Positions 1-10,761 of a stretch of 64,000 nucleotides of DNA are shown here, one piece after another. The notes under the pieces are model-generated. The model did no database searches. It saw only the letters and a list, made by a program, of their open reading frames with translations, and had not been told where the DNA came from. Numbering within the stretch: position 1 is the stretch's first letter; every line of letters begins with the position of its first letter. The translations under genes and the position numbers were made by a program. Source of the stretch: Paraphysomonas bandaiensis (Eukaryota > Protista > Chrysophyceae); NCBI GenBank assembly GCA_965644295.1, contig CBFFRP010000169.1, positions 1-64,000 of the forward strand, written 5' to 3'.

Positions 1-115
1 TCGTTCGGACCAAAGAAACGAGGGTTTGACTAAATTGGGATAATACAGTGCTATTGGAACAAAGACATTTCTAGGAATTGAAGTTAAAGCAGAAATATAT
101 CATAAAACACAACTC

Positions 116-330
116 TCACCCTAAAATAGGCACTAGACCACACACCAACAGTTTGAGCTTACTCTCGTCCACATTGAGCTTTCTGATGTTCTCAACATCT
201 CTCCGAGTTAAACATTTGCCATGTTTTTCAAGAGCTTTTATTCGTCTGCGATCCGTAACCACATATTTCTTAATCTGGGAAAAAATTCTGGGGTGCATTT
301 GCACACCGATAACGGTGCTTTATAGATGCC
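116..330 (-). pseudogene. Degenerate hAT-like transposase C-terminal fragment
   Basis: Minus-strand translation HRYRC..(frameshift)..RIFSQIKKYVVTDRRR resembles the hAT dimerisation motif ERLFSxxKxVxTDxR; matches fragments at 7.8-8.2 kb and 30.7-31.2 kb. Confidence 0.35.
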
Positions 331-1318
331 CTGAGTCACTGTGGCAAGTACAGGGGGGCTATGCTTGCTGTGTGAGGACAAGACCCAGCAGCGCAGTATC
401 TATACAGACAATCATCTCGAAGTATTTTGTTTGAATGGTGAGTGTATACCATGGGTATACAGCTGTAGGGAATATACAGCAGTCCCCCGTGGAGACGTTT
501 TTCGACAGAGCGGACCAGTCTGGTCCCACTTCATTTTTTTGTACTGTGTTTTTTCGTATGGAATATGAGTGTAGAGCTTTGAAATTGTGGTCAAAATGAC
601 CACAATTTCTATTAAGGAGCCAGGCGCCATATCCATATAGATAGAGAATAAAAAGTGTGTATCATTGTAGTGTAGACCCATATTGTTGAGCTTGATGGAA
701 GAAACTCCGGCAAGAAGACTCGCCTTGCTGCCGGAGACCATCTCCCAGTCGGAGATGGTGACTGTATCATTTAACACCCCACAGTTCGAGCAACAGATAA
801 CGTCGATTACTACAAGTCAACTTTGCCACTTTGTGCTTTGGTAGATATGAATGAACACTTGAAAACGACTGCTACTGATGACACGAGCATTCGTATCCTG
901 GAGAATTTGAGGAGCCTGGACATGGGAAATGTCGATCCGATACCATCACTGCTTTTATCAAAGGGACTGTAAAGAGGGCAAGAAATAATGGAAAGTGTTT
1001 TGTCAATGTCGCTGATGTTGTCAACGAACTTCCACAAAAATCCCCTGTAGGGTATCATGTTCAAGAGATGTTCTATCTCGACACAAAAAGTCTGTCAGAG
1101 TACCGTCCGCCATCAAAGGGATCAGCGACATAATTGGGTATAAGTTCTTGCCTTCAGCGGTTGTTTTGCAGGAAGTACCACCCTTGGGAAAAGGAGTTAT
1201 ATTGCCTCACACAGTAAGTGTAATAATCTGCTGTTTAATAATTCTTTTCAACACTAATACTGCCGTCTGATAATGCTGATTTTTTTAGTAGGATCTTGTA
1301 AGTAAGCGTAGAGGTGCG

Positions 1319-2227
1319 ATGTCTCTAGTGCCAACCGGGGCACATATTGTTGAGTCATCAGTGCAGTCTGTTGAAGCAATTAGTCGACAACTATTACCGA
1401 AGCCGACTCACGAAACAAGGCTCAAAATTAAGAGAGCGGTTCAACAGAGAAAGCTTGACGCAAAGACGAAGAGATTAATGAAAGATCGAATGGAGTGTGA
1501 TAGAATAGAGTCCGTATTAAGCCAGTACAAACCTACTATTCCCTCAGCACGGTCGACATGCTCTTCCTCAACGCCAGCTACTGTGGAAACTCATTCCACG
1601 ACTCGCAAATTTCCGACACCTGTAGTCCGAATTCTAGATCTGCTTGATTCTGGCATGAAATCTCATCCCTCGAACATACTGCTAGGTGGGAAAATGGATA
1701 TATCACAGAAAGAGATAAGCATCAGAATATCTTCCTTACAGGAATTACCCCAAATGGATGTTCAAGGGAACGTTGTCTCGAAAGTTAGTTGCTCTTCAAT
1801 CAATGCCGTGACGATTTCAGTGGGAATAAGGTTGCACAAAGTAAATGACATGGTGATCAGTGCAGCCCATCTCCACGAGGGTGTGGTTGAATTTCTACAT
1901 AGGACATTTTCCTGTGAAAACGATTTTCTCATTTGTCATTTCACCATGGGACCTCGGAAAGTATTTCCCCTCAGTCCAGGATATGCCCGTCGACTAAACA
2001 AGGAAAACGTAGTGGAATCATTTACTGATGAAATCAAAGACTGGTTGACATTACAGTACGATATGCGTGATAAAAGACAGGCTCCTACAATCCGACGGTA
2101 CATGAAATTACACTTTGTAGAGCCTTGGAAATGGCTTACTGTTGGTCAGATTTCCTCTTGGATTAGCATGAAAACGAGAGAGAAAAATAACGTCCTTTCA
2201 GTCCTTCCCTCTCCAGAAATCGTATGA
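1319..2227 (+). CDS. Uncharacterised transposon-borne ORF (302 aa) with C-terminal homeodomain/HTH-like segment
   Basis: Open 302-aa ORF inside the TIR element. C-terminus FTDEIKDWLTLQY...WLTVGQISSWIS. Upstream sequence (695-1210) looks like frameshifted coding remains plus a GTAAGT...TAG intron. Confidence 0.4.
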   Translation: MSLVPTGAHIVESSVQSVEAISRQLLPKPTHETRLKIKRAVQQRKLDAKTKRLMKDRMECDRIESVLSQYKPTIPSARSTCSSSTPATVETHSTTRKFPTPVVRILDLLDSGMKSHPSNILLGGKMDISQKEISIRISSLQELPQMDVQGNVVSKVSCSSINAVTISVGIRLHKVNDMVISAAHLHEGVVEFLHRTFSCENDFLICHFTMGPRKVFPLSPGYARRLNKENVVESFTDEIKDWLTLQYDMRDKRQAPTIRRYMKLHFVEPWKWLTVGQISSWISMKTREKNNVLSVLPSPEIV

Positions 2228-2281
2228 TAATTGTAACACATTTATGAATGATAATAACTTTAAGTAGTACAAAACAAAAAA

Positions 2282-2588
2282 TATTGAACTACAACCAACT
2301 CCTACGTGCGTACTTGAAGTTTGGTAAAGTCAATCGCTAGTAGTTATCCTGTATTCTATGTAGCAATGAAATACAGAATATACATGACTACAGTATAGGA
2401 GTAGCTATTACAAGTATACAAAGAAACTGAAAATATAGTAGCTGTTAAAGATATGATTTGTAGAACAGAATGTTGATGTTGGTAAATGACGTGGTTCCTA
2501 ACTCACAGGGCTACAACATCATAAACTTACTATATCTCCTATAATATCAATCAGTCAATATTGCACTAACTAAAAGCGTAAATTAATA
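2282..2588 (+). repeat. 5' LTR (TATT...AATA termini)
   Basis: Direct repeat of 7154-7460; no mismatch seen on reading. Confidence 0.95.
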
Positions 2589-5500
2589 TGGCAGCGGATG
2601 GAAATTTCACGAATGTCGCCTCAGGCTCAAAGGTACCTCCCTTCGAGGAACTGAACTTCAAGAAATTCAAGAAGTTCTTCACCTCATTCCTCATGAGACA
2701 CAATCGAGCTCATCTTGTCCTCTCAAAGGATAAACCAAGGCACATTCATGATCTAGACTCTACAGTCCCAGCGGGAGCTCATATGACTGATGCACAGAAG
2801 AAGCGACTACGCAAAGCGAAGAAACTCTGGAACACCCGGAACGAGACCGCGTACTCCTTCCTGATGGAAGTGTGCAATGCTCACCCAAAAGCAGGCACAA
2901 CAGCGGCTCTCTACGAAGGAAGTACAGCAAAAGGGTTACTACAGGCACTGGAAGAGAGATTTCTCAACGTTGAAAAGAATACAGTACAGGCAGAGGTCAC
3001 AAAGTTCAATTCAATGAAGATTACCTCAAGTCAGTCAGGAGCAGAGTTCGTCGACAGCGTTGAAGCCCAGGCCAAGATTCTCGAGAATCTAGGTCGTGAA
3101 GTCACGGAAGACGACAAGCTCACTCGACTAAAGGAAGGTCTCACAGACAAGAGATATTCCCAACTAGCACACAGCCTGTATACAGCAAACGATGTGACAT
3201 ACGCAAGAGCAAGCAGCCTAATCAAAGGGTATGAAAACACATCATTCGGCAAGCATGCGTTGCAAAATTCAGGGGAAGACAGTGTCAATCAAGCAGTGGA
3301 TGACAGTAAATGGAAAGAGCACAAGAGAAAGGGCAGATGCAATAAGTGCAAGAAACTTGGCCACTTTGCTAGGGAGTGCAAGACTCCAGAGCATGTCATA
3401 AAGAGGATGAAGGGGACAAGATCACAGAGAAAAGATAGAGATCACAGAAACAGGGGTGATAACAAAACAAAGCTACCTGTGTGTGAGATATGTGACATCC
3501 CAGGCCATCAGACTAAAGACTGCTTCCACTTGAAGACTGCTAAAGCTGCAGTGGTCAGTTCTAAACGGGGGCGAGACTCTAGAAGGGAAACGGCACCCTA
3601 CAAGAACAAGAAGAAACCGCGAGTGTCTGTACATGATTCAGAAGATGAAGCGGGATACGAATCGATGATATGTGTGGAAGAAGAGGTGAATCTAGCACAG
3701 AGCATGTCAGATGTTATTTATTTAGACAGCGGGTGCAACAAGATGATCCTTACCTCCAAAAACCACATGACCAACCTTCAGCGCGCTGATAGGCAGATGT
3801 CCACAGCGAACAAAGGTAAACTGTCAATACACAGTGTTGGCGATGTAGGAAGCTTTAAAAAGGTGTACTACGCACCTGAAGCAAGTAAGAACCTCGTAGA
3901 TATGAAGAGCATCACAGATAGGGGTTGTGTTGTGACGTTCGATAATGATGAAGTCGTCATTCGAAATAAGACTACGAACAAGACACTCATTAGACAGAGA
4001 AGTGTTAATGGATTATATCCAGTTCGACTCGAAGACTTACTTCAGCTTGGAGAAGAATCCTCAGCAGCACTTGAGGAGCAGGGGTTTGATGACCAGCGAA
4101 TTCTATGGCACAAAAGACTTGGCCATGTCAACTATGATAAACTGACTGAGTCCGACCGCCGAGGCCTAGTTGATGGAATAAATCTGGACAAGAAATATTT
4201 CAGAAAAAAACACAAAAAAACGATATGCAAATGTAATACCTGCATGCGATCGAAACTCACGAGAAAGAACTTCAGGACTCCACGCCAGTTGATGAACTTA
4301 GACAACAACCCAAAGGAGAGAGGGGTGCTCAGTGCAGATACGATGGAAGTCCTAAACACGCCATCGATGGAAGGCTACAAACATGTGTTACTATTCAAGC
4401 ACAGTGATGCAAAACATGTATGGGCTTATGGGTTGAAAAACAAGACTGGGAGTGAAGTGTTAAAGTGTATGAAGGACATGGTAGAGACCCAACTTGTCAA
4501 AGAAGGATTGCAACTACGACGATATCATGCAGATGGCGCAGGAGAACTAGTAGGGCAACATGTCAGGCAGTACTTACGTGAAACCACCAGCACAAGGACT
4601 GTACAGGTTACTTGGACTCCACGTGACACACCCGAAATGAATTCGCTATCGGAACGCACTAATCGTACAGTGAAGGAGATGGCCCTTGCTATATTGCTCG
4701 ATAGTGGCATGCCATCAGTATTTTGGTTCAAAGCAGTCTTGCATGCTGTATATCTGATCAACAGGTTACCTACGAAGACAACGAAAGGATACATCTCACC
4801 TTTTGAGTATATTACTGGAACCGCACCAGATGTGAGTGACTTGAAGATCTGGGGCTGCAAGGCATGGGCTATTGTGCCGAAGGAGCAGCGCCGCAAAGAG
4901 TGGAAAGAAAAGGGAAAACCTGGATACTATATGGGACAATGTCAACAACCTGTTGGACACCAAATATATATTCCAGACCTGAATGCTATTATTGTTGCAG
5001 TCAATGCACAGTTTGATGAGTCAATTCCAGAGCGTTCACAGGAGTATTTCGACGAAATAGATAATCTACAAATCGACACCTCAGAAACAGCAGAGAGTGT
5101 AAATGACTATCAGTACCTGGTGGGCCTCAGACATCTTGATGGACACCTGTGTTATGTTACCACCAGAGTGATAGAGAGAAGAGGAGTCATTGTTGCATAT
5201 AGGAGATTAGATATGAAAGGAAATACTACCGAGGAGCAAACTCCAATTCATATCAAAGATGTAGTAAAGATGACTCACTCTACAAAGTGTCAGACCGACA
5301 AGTTTAATAGTTTGCGAAATGAGTTGGATCAGACTTGTAATGACAGTGACAATGAACAGAGGACTCCTGACCGCTCAAATCGGGGCGCATCTTCAACAGG
5401 TGGGGCAGATCGAAATCCCAGAACTGAAAAACGACCTCGAAAAAAACGGCACATTGTTAACGTTGGTGTCCTCGGCGATGTCTCATTGTTTCTTGATTCC

Positions 5501-7105
5501 TCCAACAGCACAATTAAAGAGCCACAGACGCTGGCAGAAGCAAAGAAGACTCCACAGAGAACATACTGGATTGAAGCTACCAGGAAGGAGGTGCACAAGC
5601 TTGAACGAAGGACATGCTGGAAGATTGTCCGAAGGCCGAAACACCGAAAAATCATAAAATCTAAATTGGTCTTTAAAGTAAAGCGCGACCATCTTGGAAA
5701 AATTAAGAAGTTCAAAGTTCGACTTGTGGCGAAAGGGTTTACTCAAGAACAAGGAGTCGACTATAATGAGACATTCTCCCCAGTAGCTAAAGGTGTATCA
5801 TTTAGGCTAGCACTAGCACTGGCTCTGCGATACAATCTGCAACTCCGTCAACTCGATGTAGAAACGGCATTTCCGTATGCAGATCTGGACGAAGACGTGT
5901 TTATGTCTCCACCTGCAGGAATAGATATTCCACAAGGCTGTTGTTTGAAGATTCTGAAGAGTTTGTATGGCCTAAAACAAGCGCCTCGAAATTGGCATTC
6001 AATGCTGAAGGACAGTATAAAGGCGATGGGGTATAAACAATGTGTTCTTGACCCATGTTTATTTGTACTCAAGGGTACTGATGATAACCTACATATGATA
6101 CTTGTGTATGTAGATGATATCATTGTGCTCAGCTCTGACAGCCGTCATATTGAAGAAGTCATCAGCGCCTTTAAGACTCAATATGCCATGCAAGATATGG
6201 GGGACCTTAAGCATTATTTAGGTCTTACCATTGAGCGTCATAATGGCCAGATTAAGTTACATCAGTCTGCATATGCTAAAGATGTTGTGGCCAGATTCAA
6301 TCACTTGTTGTCAGAAAAGAAGAGACGGTGCAAGGCAACCACACCTCTACCACCTGGCCTAAAGTTGTCCAAGGATGCAAAAGAGGAAGAAACTCGAAAA
6401 CAGAGAGAATACGTTGATGCATTTCCCTATCAATCTGTTATTGGTGCCTTAATGTATTTGGCAGTGCATACTAGACCAGACATGGCATATACAGTAAATC
6501 TTCTCTCCCGGTTCACCACAAGACCCACGTACGCTGCATGTCAAGCTGCTCTGCATACTTTATTGTATTTAGAAAATACAGTTGATCAAGGTATCATATT
6601 TCCTAATTTCACAGATGAAGACCCTCTATGTGTGTACTCTGATGCAGATTGGGCCGGAGATCTGGATACATGCAGATCCACTACAGGGTATATCGTATAT
6701 CTGTGGGGTGCTCCAATTGCATGGCAGTCCAGACTGCAGCCAACAGTGGCTACGTCGACTATGGAAGCTGAATATATGGCTGCATATGCTGCAATTCAGG
6801 AGATTGTATGGATACGAGGGGTGATGACAGAGCTCGGAATTCGTGGATTTGAGCTCAGTAAGAATGCGTCTCCAACAATCTTGAATATGGACAGCAAGAG
6901 TGCGATTGATCTAGCTCAGAACCCGGTAAATCATAAACGTTCCAAGCATATTCGGATCAAGTATCATTGGATTCGAGAGCAAGTGGGAGGCTGTATCGTC
7001 AGGCTGAATCATGTGCCAACGGCAGAGATGACAGCAGACGTGATGACTAAAGCCTTGTCCGAGAAGCTGCACTATCAGCATGTGCACACTATGGTATCGC
7101 ACTAA
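2588..7105 (+). CDS. Copia Gag-Pol polyprotein (1505 aa)
   Basis: Two zinc knuckles (CNKCKKLGHFAREC, CEICDIPGHQTKDC), protease YLDSGC, GAG-pre-integrase LWHKRLGH...CNTC, integrase D..D..E (ADTME / HADGAGE / SLSER), RT KSLYGLKQAP and YVDD, RNase H SDADWAG / EAEY / DSKSAI / ADVMTK. Confidence 0.97.
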   Translation: MAADGNFTNVASGSKVPPFEELNFKKFKKFFTSFLMRHNRAHLVLSKDKPRHIHDLDSTVPAGAHMTDAQKKRLRKAKKLWNTRNETAYSFLMEVCNAHPKAGTTAALYEGSTAKGLLQALEERFLNVEKNTVQAEVTKFNSMKITSSQSGAEFVDSVEAQAKILENLGREVTEDDKLTRLKEGLTDKRYSQLAHSLYTANDVTYARASSLIKGYENTSFGKHALQNSGEDSVNQAVDDSKWKEHKRKGRCNKCKKLGHFARECKTPEHVIKRMKGTRSQRKDRDHRNRGDNKTKLPVCEICDIPGHQTKDCFHLKTAKAAVVSSKRGRDSRRETAPYKNKKKPRVSVHDSEDEAGYESMICVEEEVNLAQSMSDVIYLDSGCNKMILTSKNHMTNLQRADRQMSTANKGKLSIHSVGDVGSFKKVYYAPEASKNLVDMKSITDRGCVVTFDNDEVVIRNKTTNKTLIRQRSVNGLYPVRLEDLLQLGEESSAALEEQGFDDQRILWHKRLGHVNYDKLTESDRRGLVDGINLDKKYFRKKHKKTICKCNTCMRSKLTRKNFRTPRQLMNLDNNPKERGVLSADTMEVLNTPSMEGYKHVLLFKHSDAKHVWAYGLKNKTGSEVLKCMKDMVETQLVKEGLQLRRYHADGAGELVGQHVRQYLRETTSTRTVQVTWTPRDTPEMNSLSERTNRTVKEMALAILLDSGMPSVFWFKAVLHAVYLINRLPTKTTKGYISPFEYITGTAPDVSDLKIWGCKAWAIVPKEQRRKEWKEKGKPGYYMGQCQQPVGHQIYIPDLNAIIVAVNAQFDESIPERSQEYFDEIDNLQIDTSETAESVNDYQYLVGLRHLDGHLCYVTTRVIERRGVIVAYRRLDMKGNTTEEQTPIHIKDVVKMTHSTKCQTDKFNSLRNELDQTCNDSDNEQRTPDRSNRGASSTGGADRNPRTEKRPRKKRHIVNVGVLGDVSLFLDSSNSTIKEPQTLAEAKKTPQRTYWIEATRKEVHKLERRTCWKIVRRPKHRKIIKSKLVFKVKRDHLGKIKKFKVRLVAKGFTQEQGVDYNETFSPVAKGVSFRLALALALRYNLQLRQLDVETAFPYADLDEDVFMSPPAGIDIPQGCCLKILKSLYGLKQAPRNWHSMLKDSIKAMGYKQCVLDPCLFVLKGTDDNLHMILVYVDDIIVLSSDSRHIEEVISAFKTQYAMQDMGDLKHYLGLTIERHNGQIKLHQSAYAKDVVARFNHLLSEKKRRCKATTPLPPGLKLSKDAKEEETRKQREYVDAFPYQSVIGALMYLAVHTRPDMAYTVNLLSRFTTRPTYAACQAALHTLLYLENTVDQGIIFPNFTDEDPLCVYSDADWAGDLDTCRSTTGYIVYLWGAPIAWQSRLQPTVATSTMEAEYMAAYAAIQEIVWIRGVMTELGIRGFELSKNASPTILNMDSKSAIDLAQNPVNHKRSKHIRIKYHWIREQVGGCIVRLNHVPTAEMTADVMTKALSEKLHYQHVHTMVSH
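2589..2597 (+). other. Primer-binding site (TGGCAGCGG), possibly tRNA-Leu
   Basis: TGG immediately after the 5' LTR. Complementary to ...CCGCUGCCA, which resembles the 3' acceptor strand of eukaryotic tRNA-Leu. The tRNA identity is inferred. Confidence 0.6.
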
Positions 7106-7144
7106 GTAGACTTGCTCATCACAGTATATTCTGATATGTTCATT

Positions 7145-7153
7145 GAGTGGGAG
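7145..7153 (+). other. Polypurine tract
   Basis: GAGTGGGAG directly abuts the 3' LTR. Confidence 0.75.
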
Positions 7154-7460
7154 TATTGAACTACAACCAACTCCTACGTGCGTACTTGAAGTTTGGTAAA
7201 GTCAATCGCTAGTAGTTATCCTGTATTCTATGTAGCAATGAAATACAGAATATACATGACTACAGTATAGGAGTAGCTATTACAAGTATACAAAGAAACT
7301 GAAAATATAGTAGCTGTTAAAGATATGATTTGTAGAACAGAATGTTGATGTTGGTAAATGACGTGGTTCCTAACTCACAGGGCTACAACATCATAAACTT
7401 ACTATATCTCCTATAATATCAATCAGTCAATATTGCACTAACTAAAAGCGTAAATTAATA
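7154..7460 (+). repeat. 3' LTR
   Basis: Direct repeat of 2282-2588. Confidence 0.95.
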
Positions 7461-7789
7461 AAAAAAGGTATCTGGTACAATCAAATCTAAGAAGTAAAAA
7501 CAATAATATATAAATATACTCTTAACAAACATTAAGATAAATATGTTAACATTCAATAAAGAACAGCGTCATCCATTTGTTTCACCTTATTATTAAGTCC
7601 TTGTAGCAGGGCTAGGGAACAATATATTGCAATACTGTTGTTAAATAGGGTTGTATTGACGGAGTATCCGTACATATGAGTATCACTATTCAGTAAGTAA
7701 ACACATCAGTAGATTCCAGTTTTAGTATTAGTCATTAAAATCACATGATATCCAAAACCACTGTATTGGAAGTACATACTACAAGACTC

Positions 7790-8178
7790 GTGCACCTGTA
7801 CTTAGATATTTCAATCTTTCATTTCTTAATTTTTTTAGCTCACTGAAGAAATTTTTCCGCATAGCCAACCTCAGCTTCATCATCATCTGTACTGTTACAT
7901 TCGCTGTCTGTACGGAGATATATTCTAACAGCATCTTTCCCAGATCTTGTCAACTCAAATTATTCGCTTGCTTGGATTTTTTCAAATTCCATTCTCAGAA
8001 TTCGGATCACTAGCAATGGAACTGTTTTCTTTAAAGCAGGTTTGGGATACCTAACCCCGAAGTCCATCAACAAGCCGCCAAAAATGTTCCGGTCTTCATA
8101 AATATTCACTTGACTAGAGTCTCCTGTTTGAAGTAGCTTAGAAACGCTTTCAAACTTTCTCAGGTCGTCTACAAGCAA
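7790..8178 (-). pseudogene. Degenerate hAT-like transposase fragment
   Basis: LVDDLRKFESVSKLLQ...FEKIQASE*FELTRSGKDAVRIYL...DDDEAEVGYAEKI...SKYRC, with stops and frameshifts. Resembles hAT-like transposases of stramenopiles. Confidence 0.5.
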
Positions 8179-8983
8179 AGATCTGGGGGCTTGTGGGGTG
8201 GTCCATAGCGGTGCCTATGGTATAACAGAAAATAAAATAGGGGTACTTAATATTAAAATGTATTAAATCACATATATATATGGCAATGTAACGTTATAGA
8301 AAAAATATATTAGACACATGGTTTATAATGTACCGGAAGTCTTCTTTGCACTCTGGGGGTGATCTATGGGCGTCTGGGGTGGCACGTGTCGGTGCATGTG
8401 ATAGCGGTACAATTAGAAGGAAAATATGTTTAAGACGTATATAAATGCTAAATTACGGCTTCATTAACAATGTATATATAGTCTACAATGTATCTGTCGT
8501 GTTGGTCACCCTCTGAGGGTCGTCCAACGCTCCTGGCGGTTGCAATCTATAGGAGGCCGACATCTGTATTGTTATGACATATTACAAGAAAATCTTTCGA
8601 TAAAATCATCTCTTTCTTAGATCATACGCTGCCATAGTAAATATACTTATGATGCATGCACTTTAATGTCTCTGAAGGTGGTACATGCTGTCGAGCTGCC
8701 TGTAAGTGACTGTATCTTCTACATACATACACACATATTCAGAGTCTCATGTGCTGTTCCACTGTATTGTATACCGGTATACAGCAGTATACTCATACAT
8801 AAAAGTGGTGGTGATGGTGAGTGTGAGTTTGGGTGTGGGATGATGAGTGCCTGTTTTTTAGGACGAGTGGGACCATCTACGGTCCTACAAGTGGAGGGTT
8901 GGTCCACTTTGTCGAAAAACGTCTCCGTGTGTATTGGATCTTGTCATGCGGCATGGTGGTGTGATCAGTTGTATTATTACCAT

Positions 8984-9172
8984 GGAGACTTTTTTCGACA
9001 AAGCGGACCAGTCTGGTCCCACTTTATTTTTTTGTATTGCGTTTTTTCGTATGGAACATGAGTGTAGAGCTTTGAAATTGTAGTCAAAATGAGTACAATT
9101 TTTTTATTTCGAGTGGGACCAAATACAGTCCGACAAGTGGAGGGCTGGTCCACTTTGTCAAAAAACGTCTCC
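8984..9172. mobile_element. MITE (189 bp), same family as 491-8926
   Basis: GGAGACTTTTTTCGACAAAGCGGACCA...TGGTCCACTTTGTCAAAAAACGTCTCC. Left ~115 bp matches 491-607, right ~65 bp matches 8863-8926. AT on both flanks. Confidence 0.85.
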
Positions 9173-10727
9173 ATGCCATGCACCATCCTAAACACACTGG
9201 ACTGGGTTTTCAACAGAGCATGCTATTCTGGAGGTGTAGAGTCCAACTTTGCTAAATATTTTATATTACAATTATTAGCCGGCATCAAAATTCACAGTTA
9301 TGGAGAGAGCTCGTGAACTCACTGTGAGGCACATAGCGGAGATCAGTTGCTGAAAACAATGCTGTGATAGCGAAGATGATATTGTGAATTCCGATTCTGG
9401 ATTCATTGATAGACGGCCGAGAATATGTACATGCCATATAGGAGGATCTGACCCAAGTTGTGCCTTCATTGTTGCACTTCAAGGTCTCATGTGCCTTCTA
9501 TTCAAGGAATCGCGAACTTCCTTAATATTTGAGTGATATGAAATCATGATACTGACTTTATCTCTTTTTTTTGGAATTATGTGCACTCATAGGAAGAGCT
9601 CTATATGCTGTATGGACACCTATGGTCCACACCCTTCCAACTACGGGTGCATTTTTCCTCTTATGCAGTGAATTCAACCTCAGTTATAGCATATGATGCT
9701 CATTATATGGATTGATTAATGTATATATGCTCTGATGAAATAAGAAGGCTGTATTTGATGGAATCTGCTTTCCCAGGTGCTATATATACAGAATTGTCAA
9801 TTGTGACACCACCATATCGAATTTGATGTTTGTAAGGAGGATCAATATCTATTTAACTTCATTTTCTTGTTCTTATTTAACCCTTCCTTGTTGCTCTGTA
9901 GTTGCGATAGTATATAGATAACTAATGCGAATTTTAATTGTGACCATATAATTTGGCATAAAACATTTACAGTTCTTATAGATTACGCATTCCACATATT
10001 CTTCCGTAGTGTAGTGTGTCCTGATTATACTTGCAATAGGCTACTATGTTCTACAATAGCAGTCATTACTACGCAGTTACGTATCACCTCTGATCAGTTT
10101 TGCTATATGATATATATAGTGCAATTTAAGTGTAGATACTTTATTGAGCATATTGAAGACGATGAATAGCTTGGCACTAGAAATTAAAAGTTATGGATCG
10201 GTATGATATCAACACTAAAAGTGATTTAGTTGGAATCTGAAGCCACCCAATCGAAAGCTTGTGATAAAAAGATGGTAATTATGATTTTTGCTAATAAAAC
10301 ACTGGGCAAAACACGACGTCCGAGTATCGTGTGAATGGCACATGACTGACAACCTGCGAGTGGGTGAGATAAAAATAAGTACGATACTATATGCATAATA
10401 TGTCTTTCCTAGGCCTGTCGTAGTGTAGTACTTGTGTTGATTAAACTATGCAATGCATAGATTTTTTTTAAAGTCTTGACACACTCTTTGCTTTCGGCTC
10501 CAAGCAAGCGTCACCAAGGTCTACACTGTGCGTTGTTGCCATTGTGCTGGACATGGTACTGAGAGCTATGTGGACACTCTCCCTCATTCCACATGTAAGA
10601 TTTACTATATTTACTATATGTGAAGCAAACACGAGTGGGGCGGAAAGGTGTCACTCACAGAAACTGTGCGCGAGCTATATGGCAGCCAAGATGATGTATC
10701 GGTGAGGGGTAAATGACAGCCAATCAA

Positions 10728-10730
<3 letters not shown>

Positions 10731-10758
<28 letters not shown>
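10731..10758. repeat. (AT)n microsatellite
   Basis: About 14 consecutive AT units. Confidence 0.95.

Positions 10759-10761
<3 letters not shown>

Larger units (their letters stand above)
2282..7460 (+). mobile_element. Full-length Ty1/copia LTR retrotransposon
   Basis: Two 307-bp LTRs (2282-2588, 7154-7460), AAAAA on both flanks (5-bp TSD), PBS and PPT, single gag-PR-IN-RT-RH ORF in copia order. Confidence 0.97.
491..8926. mobile_element. TIR-bounded DNA transposon (apparently non-autonomous) hosting a nested copia element
   Basis: Left end GGAGACGTTTTTCGACAGAGCGGACCA (491). Right end TGGTCCACTTTGTCGAAAAACGTCTCC (ends 8926) is its near-perfect reverse complement. GT flanks both sides (2-bp TSD). 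Confidence 0.75.

Noticed and set aside
8666-9316. ORFs 8666-9061, 8719-8907, 8977-9213, 9089-9316 sharing peptides with ORFs 341-568 and 412-777
   Set aside because: Shared peptides are translations of the non-coding TIR/MITE repeat.
9600-9800. Possible LINE RT relic on the minus strand (APGKADSIKYSLL)
   Set aside because: Single weak motif amid stops; cannot be supported.
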